Part shown: piece after piece, positions 14,176-25,724 of the stretch
How positions within the stretch are numbered: the first letter of the stretch is position 1
Layout of the letters: each line of letters starts with the position of its first letter
Translations under genes and position numbers: made by a program
DNA from: the human T2T-CHM13v2.0 reference genome, Homo sapiens
Assembly (NCBI RefSeq): GCF_009914755.1
Contig: NC_060925.1
DNA length: 64,000 nucleotides
Strand: one strand, 5' to 3'
Notes under the pieces: generated by a model
The model's input: only the letters and a program-made list of their open reading frames with translations
Database searches by the model: none
Told to the model about the DNA's origin: nothing

Positions 14176-15549
14176 GGTGGTAGTCTCAGATTTCTCATCT
14201 AGTAACACCTGCTTCATAAGTTTGTGTTAAGAATTAGCAGACGTTTTGATACATAATAAGAATAAATGCTAACTGCTATTATTATCATTAATAGTATAAA
14301 CTGATACTATTATTATCATTAATAGTACACAACTCTACTCTTAATAAAAGAGTAGAACTTTTTGAGGGGGGATAGGAGGAAGTTTGGAATCTTTTCCAAA
14401 ATTTCACTTATAGATCTTTCTTGTTAATGTGAACTGGTTTCTTTTTGAAGTTATTATATGCAATAATTTTAAGTGAAGTAATGGAAACATTTAAAGGGCT
14501 AAGGCAGAAAAAAATGAAATGATAAAAGTATGATTTTACCCATCCTTAGCTGCTGTCATACCAATAAGTTATGTTGTAGCTGGGGAGAATATCTAGATGA
14601 GAGGAAATGAATCTTTTTTCATTAGTATTTTCTTTCTCTCTGCCATTTTCATTCTCATCCCCTTTCTCTTTCTTTCCCTTTCATGAAACATATGCCACTT
14701 GTATTCCTTGCCTTTGAAGACATCTTTTTTAGAGCTTGTTGCCTCATAGAGCTGTTGTTCTTTCCTAACACACTACCAAACTTTTGGCGGAGTATGCTAC
14801 CTTTGCTGCCATGGGACCATCCACTTATTCCTTGCTGCCTGTATCCCAGCACCCCATCCTCCAATTGTAAATGTTGACTTCAAGGATATAACCACCCAAT
14901 GACCGAATCAAAAGCTTTAGAGCTGCTCTTTCTTCAGGACTGCACCTGCATTTAGCTCTGCCGATTACCCTTCTTGTAACACACACCTCACTGTCCTGCT
15001 TCTCCCACCTTTCTGTCTGTTCCTTTCCTGCCCTGCTCTGGCTCTGCTTTCTTCTTATTCCTCCCTCATCAGTACATCACACTTCCAAGTTTACTCCTCA
15101 TCTTTCTGTTTTTTTTTTTTCTTCATTATCTTCCTTGGAGATTCTATTCAGACTTGTGATTTCAACTCCTACAGCACTATAAAAGACTTTCTACAGGGAA
15201 TCAGCTTCTCTCTTTAAAATAAAACTATAAACCCTCTAAGTTAGCGGCAGAGAGAACTTTGAAAGGTGACTATTCTCATGAGACAGGGCAGTCATATAAG
15301 TATCCTTGACTCTTCTTGCCCCTCTTTTCCTGTTTTTTCTTCTCAAGAGTTCTCTAAATATTTTCTTCCTCTTCAATCACTATACCTGGATTTTTTCCAA
15401 TATAGGAGGCATTTTCAAGAACAGATATTTGCCAAATCTCAAGAAGATACTAAGAAAAAGATTATAGAAACTATTTATGGCACAATAACAGCCAATTTTC
15501 ATAAGACATATCTCCAAGTTTGTTAATTATATAAAAGCAGTACAGCCTT

Positions 15550-15870
15550 ATTTAGGATAGTTGGCATTGGTTGAGATGATGTGGGCTGGTACCAAGGTAG
15601 TGACAGTGGAAATGAAGAAGTAAGGATGGATTCATGAGCTGTTTACTGGGTGGACAGAGCTGTGATTGATGAGGTCTGCCGGTGAAGGCCAAGGAGGAGT
15701 TAAAGATGAATCCAAAGTGATTCACCTGGGCAGTTGAGTGAATAGAGATGATATTAATCAAAGTTATATCCAAATGACTACAGGGAACTCATTTTTGTAG
15801 GGAGGATAAATAGTTTGGTTTATGATATTTTGTATTTAAACTACTAGTAGAACATTTGGAAATATGAGTA
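15550..15870 (-). mobile_element. L2 fragment
   Basis: 'gagatgatgtgggctggtaccaaggtagtgacagtggaaatgaagaagt...ggaggagttaaagatga'. Confidence 0.6.
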
Positions 15871-15996
15871 TAGGTACCATATTCTTAAAACATGTGTTGG
15901 CATTTTCTTCCCTGGGAATAGAATAAGATCTAATTCATCTTCATGGCCTCAACTATTGCCTACATGATAGTGATTCCTATGATAGTCATTAGTGTT

Positions 15997-16360
15997 TAAT
16001 ATGGTTTGCTGTGCCCCCACCCAAATCTCATCCTGAATTGTAGCTCCCATAATTCTCACATGTTGTGGGAGGGACCTGGTGGGAGATAATTGAATCATGG
16101 GGGTGGTTTCCCCTATACTGTTCTCGTGGTAGTGAATAAGTCTCACAAGATCTGATGGCTTTATAAGGGGAAACCCCTATTGCTTGGTTCTCATTCCTTC
16201 TCTTGCCTGTCACCATGTAAGACGTGCATTTCACTTTCTGCCATGATGGAGGTGCCTCCCCAGCTATGTGGAACTGTGAGTCCATTAAACCTCTTGTTTT
16301 AAAACAAATTACCCAGTCTCAGGTATGTCTTTATCAACAATGTGAAAATGGACTAATACA
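15997..16360 (+). mobile_element. THE1B-like MaLR solo LTR
   Basis: 'atatggtttgctgtgcccccacccaaatctcatcctgaattgtagctcccataatt'...'ggactaataca'; 5-bp TSD gtgtt/gtgct. Confidence 0.93.
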
Positions 16361-16670
16361 GTGCTGTTTGACCAATACTTCCATGTTTCTGCTTTCCAGA
16401 CACATGGAACAGTGGTACTTGCTATACTTTTGAAATTAGATGTGACCACATTGCTTGCTTTGCTTAATAAAATATAAGTGAAATGTGTCATATCAATGTG
16501 GAAGCTTTAAGAGACTATGTATTACTCTCTGTGTGTCTTCCTCAGTACCATATTGATTGTAAAAGTGCTTTTCAAGGCAGAGCCTCCATCAGCCAGGTGT
16601 CCTGAGTGAGTGTGAGTTAGAACACTGGGCATGTAGTGATTTTGAGAAATAAATCTGATTTTAACTTAGG
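16361..16670 (+). mobile_element. Old MLT1 (I/J-like) LTR fragment
   Basis: 'ttgaaattagatgtgaccacattgcttgctttg', 'gcctccatcagcc...tcctgagtga', 'tgagaaataaatct'. Confidence 0.55.
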
Positions 16671-16679
16671 TGCTTGCTG

Positions 16680-16780
16680 TGTTTCTTTTGCTGGGCAGAA
16701 GCCATTTAGTTTAATTAAGTCCCATCTATTGATCTTTGTTTGTGGTGCATTTGCTTTTGGGTTCTTGGTCATGAAATCTT
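16680..16780 (-). mobile_element. Short L1 ORF2 fragment
   Basis: 'ttcttttgctgggcagaagccatttagtttaattaagtcccatctatt...gcatttgcttttgggttcttggtcatgaaatc'. Confidence 0.75.
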
Positions 16781-16781
16781 G

Positions 16782-17055
16782 TAAATTTTGACAAATGTTT
16801 AACTTTTTATAATAGATTTGTGTATATTTTATGGTAGTATTTGATAAAATAGGCTAGTATCTACATATATTTTATTTGCTTGTTACATGCTTAACTTTTT
16901 CTTAATTTAAAAAATATTTCTTGGCTACATAGTTCATCTGTAAGTTTTTCCAAACTGGAGAAATCTCCCCCAAAATTTCCAATATATTTATTGAAAAAAG
17001 TCTGTGTATAAGTGGACCCACATGGATCAAACCCATATTTTTCAAGGGTCAAGTG
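16782..17055. mobile_element. Tigger2-family DNA transposon end
   Basis: Terminal motif 'gtataagtggacccacatggatcaaacccatatttttcaagggtcaagtg'. Confidence 0.7.
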
Positions 17056-17194
17056 AACTTAGTATTATTATATGTGAAACACAGTATTTAATCTGTTTTA
17101 TCTTACTTTTTCACTCACAAATTCTTATATTGTAAGCCACTCAATAGATGTTTTATTATTAAGTAATGGGTCTTTATCTACAGTTTGCAAAACA

Positions 17195-17425
17195 CTGACT
17201 AAGGGTATGAGCTTTGGGTTTGGAATGCCTAAGTTCAGTCTGGTTCTGCCACTTACTACTGCCATGGCACATTCAGCAAGATGTATAACCACTGAGCCTC
17301 AGTTACTTCTTTTATAACATGGGATACTAATTTCTGCCTAATGATCTATTTTGTGATTAAATTAAATAAGACAATAACATAAACGGCTAGGCATGTTTCT
17401 TGCAACGTTTTAAGTGGTCATAAAT
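17195..17425 (+). mobile_element. MIR SINE
   Basis: 'tctgccacttactactg...ctgagcctcagttacttcttttataacatggggatactaat'. Confidence 0.7.
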
Positions 17426-18854
17426 CAAAAGGATTCAAACTTTCTTTTTGGTTGGGAAGATAAGTCCTGACATGACCGAAAGATCAGATGATCCAACTTC
17501 TCAGAAGCTGTAGTGTGACGGATACATCACTCGCTAACATATCAAACCTCCCTGGCCGACCTTCGTTGCTGTGGGCTCTGTGACTTCCCACACTCATGCT
17601 CGCTGAACACATTCTGCGTCCGCAAGCTCACCTTGTGGCTGTACTCCCTGGGGGGTATGAGCCTTGGGCACTCATACTTCCTCAGTCACGAGAATGCCAT
17701 GAGTGAGGGGAACCAGAATTTGCTGTGCATTTGGGACAGTCTGCTCTTATTATCATATTATATTGTTTTCTCAGCCTTTTTCTTGATGATCTGAGTGACT
17801 TTGCTGTGGCAGACCTCCTTGCCAAAGTCCCAAGTTGAAATTATGAACCCTCACACTCATCAACGACGTTGTGTGCCCTCTTTCTGACGGCCTGTTGTCT
17901 TGTCTCTCCAAATGATTACAAGCTTGTAAAGGTTGCATTTACTCCATACGTGTAACAGTGCTCAAAAAAGGTTTATTTGTGGGGTCCATCGACAATACTC
18001 TTTACCTCCTATAATACTCTTTACCCGCTTTGTTTTCCTAGACAATTCTTACTAATTTTTCAAGTCTCTGCTCAAAAATCACTTTCTTTGGGTGCTCCCA
18101 TTCTGAGCTCCTAAGTTATTCCTTCATTTTTTCAATACTTTACAACTTAATACTTTCCAAGCAATTATGAAATTGCTTGCGGAATTGTCTGTATTTCCTG
18201 CTATAGTCTGAGCTCTGTTAGGGTAGGAGCTGTTCTGATGTGCTGTAACCTAGCACCAAACCACAGTGCTTTTCTTAGAGCATTTTGGCATATCTCTATT
18301 TAGACCAGACACCTGAATGTTTGTGTGGACTAGACAGCTGGCATGTGTGAGTTAAGCGAGCCAGATGGAATTTGGGCAAGTGGAGATTTCAAACCTCACT
18401 TAAAGAGACAGCTACTGTTTAGCATTAGAGGGAGGTTCCCCAAAAGAAGGGTCCCCTCATTACTAAAGCTTCTGGTTTTTAAAAATATTGGAAACTTCCT
18501 CAGTTTTAAATGTGGGAAACCAATGTCTTTTAATTAAAAATCCCTACAGGCTGCTAGTTAACAATATTTAGACTATATATAATAGATATATGCATATATT
18601 TATAAACATATTTATAATCTGATTTTTTTTTTCACTTATTTTGTAAGTACTTTTTCCCAGTCAATTTCACATATATTTTCAGTTCCCTTAACTGTCAAAT
18701 GAAGATAATATGATATTATTTCACAGGATTATTGTGAGGATTATATGAAATTGTGCATTCAAAACCCTGAGAGCAAAGTGAGGCCCCTTGTAAGTGATCC
18801 ATGAATGGTAGTCCCTTTTCTCCTTTCTCTTGTTCAGTCTTCATGTTATGAAAT

Positions 18855-19115
18855 CAGTAGCCCTAGCAGTGGCTAAAGAGAACATGTTCCCTGGAATACT
18901 TTGTCAGGTGTTAATAGATATTGGATAAGAGGGGTCCTACGGGCAATGGATTCGGAGAATGTGATATAAACAAATTTAAGCATGTATCTTTACAAAGGAC
19001 TTCTTAAAGACTTTAATAAGCTCATCTGCTTTGTACATATTCAGAAAAGGATAGATATGCAATATTTCTCACAGTTAATTGACCTCAATGAGTGTCTCAT
19101 GAAGTACAATTTGTA
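18855..19115. mobile_element. MER103-like hAT-Charlie relic
   Basis: 'gtgttaatagatatt...gggtcctacgg...aaggacttctta aagactttaataag...tttctcacagttaattgacc'. A similar relic lies at about 35415-35690. Confidence 0.45.
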
Positions 19116-20177
19116 ATGTGGATGCCTGAATCCCCTGGGGTCTTACTTTAAGGTCTCCTTAGAGGCAGTGGTCAGAGCCTGTGAGAAAAGCTCCAGTTAA
19201 ATGGGCCTGTTTTGCCAAACTGCCCACCTTACTAGTCCACCCTGGGTTGGCATCAGTAGTTATATAGAGTAAGAAATTCAAGGCCCTCAAACAATTTTAT
19301 TGATCCTGCATTGCTTTAGTAATAATGCCATAAACAAATGCACCCACTGAACAGCAGTTAGTTGATGCTGGCTAACAAAGCCACCCCTCTTGCTATCATT
19401 GATTTTATCTTTAGCTACCTATTTTCCCAGAAGAACTAAAGGAGGTGATTTTATTTCTGTTGATTCCATTCTTGAGATCGTTATGTTGATTATGCGTATT
19501 CTCTTCTTTTCATGTAGATGTTTGAAATTTCTCTAGGAAACATTTTCTCCTGCCTAAGATTGCACAGAGCATCATTTTTAACACGTAGTAAATGTTGCTG
19601 AGTAGAAAAATGTGTGCATTACAACGTATTTTTGCAAAGTAAGAGGTTTATATCTTTGTAATTATTTTCAATGTGTGTTTATTGATTTTTATAATACAGG
19701 GATATTAACTTGAAAGAGAACAAATTACATACAACAAATTAAGCACTTGCATGGATTAGAAAATCGAGGTAGTGCACTCAAGGCATGACTAATACGAGAG
19801 TGTTGCACGATAGAAGAACTGTGTGGTTTTACACCACATCTGGGAGGATTTCATCCAGCTACTTGTCTGAAAGGATCTTTAACTGAAATGCAGGTGCAAG
19901 ATGGCATAAATTTATAGAATTAGAGAATTTTAGAACTGGAAGAGAACCTTAGATAAAGAAAGTGAGGATAAGAAAAATCAAGAATCATATTCAAGATTAT
20001 AGAAAACTGGTGGCCTGGCCAGAGCTAGAACCTATGTTCCTGGACATTGGTCTTGTGTTGACATCCCAACTACATATAGTTTCTTCTTGAGTTTTTGTGA
20101 CATCATTGATCAGCTTTGTAACCTTGGACAAATAACTCTTTCCTCATTCATAAAATAAGAACAGCACCCAAATGATT

Positions 20178-20548
20178 TGTATTAGTCCGTTTTCATACGC
20201 TATAAAGAGCTGCCCAAGAGTGGGTAATTTATAAAGGAAAGAGGTTTAACTGACTCACAGTTCAGCATGGCTGGGGAAGCCTCAGGAAATTTACAATCAC
20301 GGCGGAAGGCAAAAGAGAAGCAAAGCCCCTTATTCACAAGGCAGCAGGAAGGAGAAGGAAAGCAGGAGGAACTACCAAACACGTATAAAACCACTCGTGA
20401 GAACTTACTCACTATCATGAGAACAACATGGGGGAAACCGTCTTTATGATTCAATTACCTCCACCTGGTCTCTCTCTTGACACGTGGGGATTATGGGGAT
20501 TAAAATCCAAGATGACACTTTGAGTGGGGACACAGCAAAATCATATCA
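20178..20548 (-). mobile_element. THE1C/D-like MaLR solo LTR
   Basis: 'tgtattagtccgttttcat...aaggaaagaggtttaactgactcacagttcagcatggctgggga...cacagcaaaatcatatca'. Confidence 0.92.
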
Positions 20549-22528
20549 TAAAGAGAAAATATGTATAGATGTAGCATTAGGTTTAGCACAAATTAATATA
20601 CACTATCACTTTATTCATTTGGCATGTATTTATTGAATCTGTATGAAGTTTCAGGCCCTAATTTCTTTGAGAACAGATTTTTCCTTCCAGTGCAGATATT
20701 TACCATAAGCATTTAACATAATTTACATGACATATTTTTCAGTGTGTAGGGAAAATATTTTACATTTGACTACAATAATCGCAAAGAAGACATATTCAAA
20801 AATTCTCAAATTCTAAAATTCAAAGACTTGTTATATGATGTGAAACCCATTTGACTAAAGTTGCTATATAAACTACTTATTAATTTACTAACTTATAAAT
20901 AACTTTTTAAAAAGGGAAATGACAAGTGATATTCTTATTCTCTAAAATAATGGATCAGAAGCACTTTTCTCCAGGAAGGTAAGAGTGCTGCTAGCCCAGT
21001 GGGGCCAAAGCTTTCAAGGGATGGAGCAGCTGAAAGGGTCCAAACATCTCTTGCCTGCCATGCGTCTCAGACCTTTTCTTTCAATTTGTCTCCTTCTCAG
21101 TTCAGTCTCCTAGTTTGATATGTACCTGAGGTTTGGGGCAAAATGATTTCAAAATGGATAATGAAAATTTATCAGGATTCAGAACAACTCAGTTCATGGT
21201 GCTCATCCCCTGGTTCTGCTTCTTTCTAAGGACTGGAGTTGAAATTTGTAGAAATAAAAGACTAGGTGAATGGTGATCAGGTATCACTTGTTAACCAGTG
21301 CTGAGGGCACTCCCTCCCAAGATGACTTTGGATCTTCTAGTAGTTTCTTAGAACTTGACAGTGGGTTGGAAGGAGCAGGGTGTAGGAATCAATGGTGGAT
21401 TGATTTGAATATCCTCTTCAGCAGGACCTGACGTGTCTCTTAAGGTTAATGTGACAGGTGAGCCCATGGCTTATCTTGGCTAGCTCTGGGCAAGAGGAGG
21501 TCTACAAGACAGTAAAATTTGTTGGAATTGTCATACAGTTTCAGATTGATAACTGGAAGTTTTCCACCAGATCACATCTATGCTTTAAGGGAACATGATC
21601 TCTAGATCTTTCTGGCGTGTTTGTTATACTTCTCCTTTTGATTGATTGCCTTTCGTGGTTCAAAATGCTACAGAAATATTAGTAGTTTGTTCTTATAACA
21701 CACTTTTTAAAAAGTTGTTTTGAGCTAGTGTCAACTTTTCTAATAAGTTGAACAGGTTCATTCTTCAATTCATATTTGGAAGCTTGATATTACAGCGAAG
21801 TTTCCACTTTCATAAAGAATCAGTAATTACACATTAGTATTTGTTATCATCTAATCCTTGTATATATTTCCCTTCCCCTTATGAAATTTGAAAATATTTT
21901 CTAAATTTAATTATATTGCCTCAAATCTTAAATATTATGTGGGAAAATATGATGCTTCCTATAGAATAGTCCCCAACTTACAGATTATTTATTTCTTATG
22001 TTTATTTCAAAACTTGCTCGTTTGAAACTCAGAAAGCACTTATCCAAAGAAATACTATGAATATGGTTATATTTCTAAACAATTTTTTTCATCCATAATG
22101 TACCTGAAATATTTTACATTTATATTGTAAGGTAGACAGAAAAACAGTTGCTAAAATAGCAAACAAGAACAAAATTGTAAAAACAGACAAGGAAGTCAAT
22201 ATTTATTTATATTAAATGCTAGGTTTGGGGAAAACCAATTTTAATTATAGGAGAATTTTTGGAACTTTAGGAGAGCCCCTGAAGGGATTTTCAGAATCAT
22301 GAAAAGTTTGTTGTGTGGGCTCTTCAATACATTGAGTTTTGATGTTCTATTCTTTCATACAAGTGTATTAGTAACATTGTATTTATATAACCTCAGCTAC
22401 GGCCAGGGCAATTCTTTGGTTTCATATATAAATTTGGGAGAGTGAGTATAAGACAGGAATTAGTAGAAGAACTGCTGCAGAGCATTGAAGGCCATTTAGA
22501 GGATGACATCAGGAATTGGAAATGGGGC

Positions 22529-22899
22529 TGCTAAGGACTGACTTCTGTCCTCTCAAGGCTCATATGTTGAAGCTCTACCCACAGTGTGATGGTGTTTGGA
22601 TATGGGGCCTTGGGGAAACAATTAGGTTTAGATAGGGTCACAAGGGTGGATTTCCCCATGATGGGATTAGTGCCCTTGTAAGAAAAGAAAGAGACACCAG
22701 AGCTTCCTCTCTGTGGCCATGAGGACACAGGTAGAAGGCAGTCATCTGCAAGGCAGAAAGATAGCCCTTGCCAGGAGCCCAGTCATGCTGGCACCTCAAT
22801 CTTGGACTTCCAGCCTCTAGAACTGTGAGAAATACATGTCGGCTGTTTAAACTACCCAGTGTATGATATTTTGTTGTAGCAGTCAAGCTGATTAATACA
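22529..22899 (+). mobile_element. MLT1A0-like MaLR solo LTR
   Basis: TG...CA termini, 'atgatgggattagtgcccttgtaaga', 'ttggacttccagcctctagaactgtgagaaata'; perfect 5-bp TSD 'ggggc'. Confidence 0.92.
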
Positions 22900-24528
22900 G
22901 GGGCCAGATTATGGAATCCTGTGATCCTCTCCAGAGGTGAAATGCATGGTTTACAGCATGGTTCCAGGGTTGAGTTTTCAATTAATGGTAAAGGGGAAGG
23001 ACAAATACTATGGAGTGGAAAGCAGGGGAAAGAAAATGCTTTGGATGATCAAATTTGGGGTCTTGGCAAGCAGGGAAGAGAAGAATCAGGAAGAATTCAT
23101 CTTGCAAGGAAGTGGAGGTTTGAGGGAATTGGAGGCTAATTGTTGGACATTCATTTCTGGGAGAGTGCTATATTGATGTGGTTAAGACTTACTACGTAGC
23201 CTTGTGAACAAACTGGCTTTTCTGTGACATTCAGACATGGAATTTGAAGCTTTATGTTTTTTTTAAGTAAAATCCGTGGTTTTTAAATTTTTCTACTTTT
23301 TTACATTGAACATTTTGAAATATTTTTAATAATCCATATTAGTGTACAGTGTAATGTGTAGTTCTTTTGCTTAATGATACTTATAAGTTCTGATTTCTCT
23401 CTCTGAATAATTTTCATATTTGGTGCTTACATAAGGCTTCACAAAATCTTGTGCAATTGTCTAATAAACTAGTCTTATGTTTGTGTTAAGAGAAAAAAAA
23501 TCAAAGACATGGAATATTTGTTATGGTCAAATGTGAATATGTTGGTTCTAGGACAAGACACTGCTGAAACATCACTCTAACACTCCCACCCTAGTTTTGA
23601 ATGGGGGTGGGTGTGGATGGGTTTTCAGATTTTTTACTCAACATTTCACAGATGTTTCCAAATGTCTTTGTGCTACTGTAACATGCGAGTGCTTTTCTCC
23701 ATTCATCTTCTGAGTTTCTTTTGGGGATCAAGTGAGATAATGCTCATGCAAGCTCCTTGTAAATAGTCACGTTCTATGCATGTGTTAATTCTTCTCTGCC
23801 TTGCTATTTAGATACAATGGCTATACTCAAACAAATACATCGAGGGCAACTTCCAGGACCAAAAGCTACAGCTCGGCACTTTTCCCTGCTACACTCCTGG
23901 GTTTACTTCTTAGTGAATGCTAAATGCTTGTGGCAGGATCCTGACCCCAAATCATTACAATGGATAGACTGTGCGCGCACAGCTTAAACTATACGTGCGC
24001 TTGCTGCAACATGATGGATATAACGGCTTGCTGAGAATTTGATTTATTTTCCAATAGTTTAGCATCCCTCTGCTTTTATCTGATATGACTATTTTACAAG
24101 CGTGTGTACCAAGCATGGCTTCAAAATTGCAGGTTATGAAATATAGAAAATGGAACAATTGCCGTGCATAGCAGAAATCTTCCTGTTCAGTCTGCATGCG
24201 TATATTTTAAAGTAAGATGGACTGCTGAATGGTGAGGAGCTTGCCTTGGGCTTCATTTTTTTCCCCTACAGGTGAAAGGAAATGCAAGACTTTCTTCTTC
24301 ATTTTCAACTTCATATTGTTAGTTAGTTTTTCACAGGCTGGTCTGTGATGATGGGTTTTTGCCTTATCATTTGCTGGCATAATAAAAATGACATGGTGAT
24401 GCAGAAGAGAGCAGTTCCCCTTTAGGATGGAACAGAACAGCCAATACCAGTGATGGAAACATAGCAGGCTGATGGGGATGACTCCCCCTTTCTCATTTCA
24501 CCTCAACCCAGTTCTCCATTTTCAATAA

Positions 24529-24588
24529 TACACTTGTTTACTGAGAAATGGTCATCAGTACACTTGTTTACTGAGAAATGGTCATCAG
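24529..24588. repeat. Perfect 30-bp tandem duplication
   Basis: 'tacacttgtttactgagaaatggtcatcag' x2, head to tail. Confidence 0.97.
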
Positions 24589-25374
24589 ATGCATAGGTTT
24601 GTGCATAGGAAGGACTGGCTAGTTGACAGTCTGCGTGGCTGAGGTACCAGCACAGCAACACTGTTCCTAGAAGGTCAGCTTGCCTCAGTGGAGGTTATAT
24701 GTAATTTGGAGTTCTTACCTGAAATATTTCTCTTCCCCACACCATCATAATTGACTCTTGCCTGTGCCTAATTGGGACCTAACAAAAGAGCAAACTGAGG
24801 GCTGCTTCGCCTCTAATAACACTCCTACTCTGTTGGAGGTTTCCTTTAGTGCAGCTGTGTGGAAGGGATTGCCAGCCAGTATGGACCCTGATTGTCATCA
24901 CTCCAAACAGACTTAAGCAGAAGCCAAGTGTGACAGACTTAGAACCTTGTGCTGGTGTAGCAGAGCAGGCATGTTAATGGGTAATGCAAGGAGGCTGAGG
25001 GATTAAATGTGCAGCTATTCTTTGGATATGTCAGGGATGTCTGTCATCTAGGACTTTCTCCCTGGACTAAGTACTCACCAATGCATTAAAATACTTGGTG
25101 AAAACTCAGATAACAACCCCACTTTCATGGGTAGACAACTCTATCAACTTACGTTTCTTATATGCCATGATGCTCTTGAGTTTCTCCAGTTTAGAGACAC
25201 ACTGCACTATGTATCTCTTTCTTTTGCTCCGCTGTATATCTTGGATAATTAATCATTTGATGATTTTCAGTAAGTTCATAATAAACAAATAATTTGGCAA
25301 TTATTTCAGAGCAGCACGTAGTTTGTTTCTTTTCGACAAGTGTCCCTTCTGTGGCTTCCCATCTAGGATAAATG

Positions 25375-25515
25375 CCTAAAATTATTGAGCATTTCCTATG
25401 TTCCAGACCCTGTGCTAAGTGCTTTACATGGTATTCATAACCCTTCTAGGAAGTAGATGCAGTAATTACATCCATTTTATAGAAAAGAAACTAAAATATA
25501 GAGAGGTTAACTAAT
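25375..25515 (-). mobile_element. MIR SINE
   Basis: 'tattgagcatttcctatgttccagaccctgtgctaagtgctttacatg...ccattttatagaaaagaaactaaa...gagaggttaac'. Confidence 0.75.
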
Positions 25516-25724
25516 TTCCTTCCCTTCCTCCCATCCTTGTCATCTCTCCCTGCTTCTTCTCTTCCTCCCTCTCTCCTTTTTTTCTTTTTTCTTCCTTTTT
25601 CCCATTTCTCCTCCCTCCTTCCCTCCCTCCCTCCCTCCCTGCCTGCCTGCCCGCCTTCCTTCCTTCCTTCTTTCCTCCCTTCTTTCCTTCTTCGTGTCTT
25701 TCCTTCCCTCTTCTTTCCTTCTCT
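25515..25724. repeat. Polypyrimidine (CCTT/CCCT) low-complexity tract
   Basis: About 200 bp almost entirely C/T on the plus strand. Confidence 0.92.
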
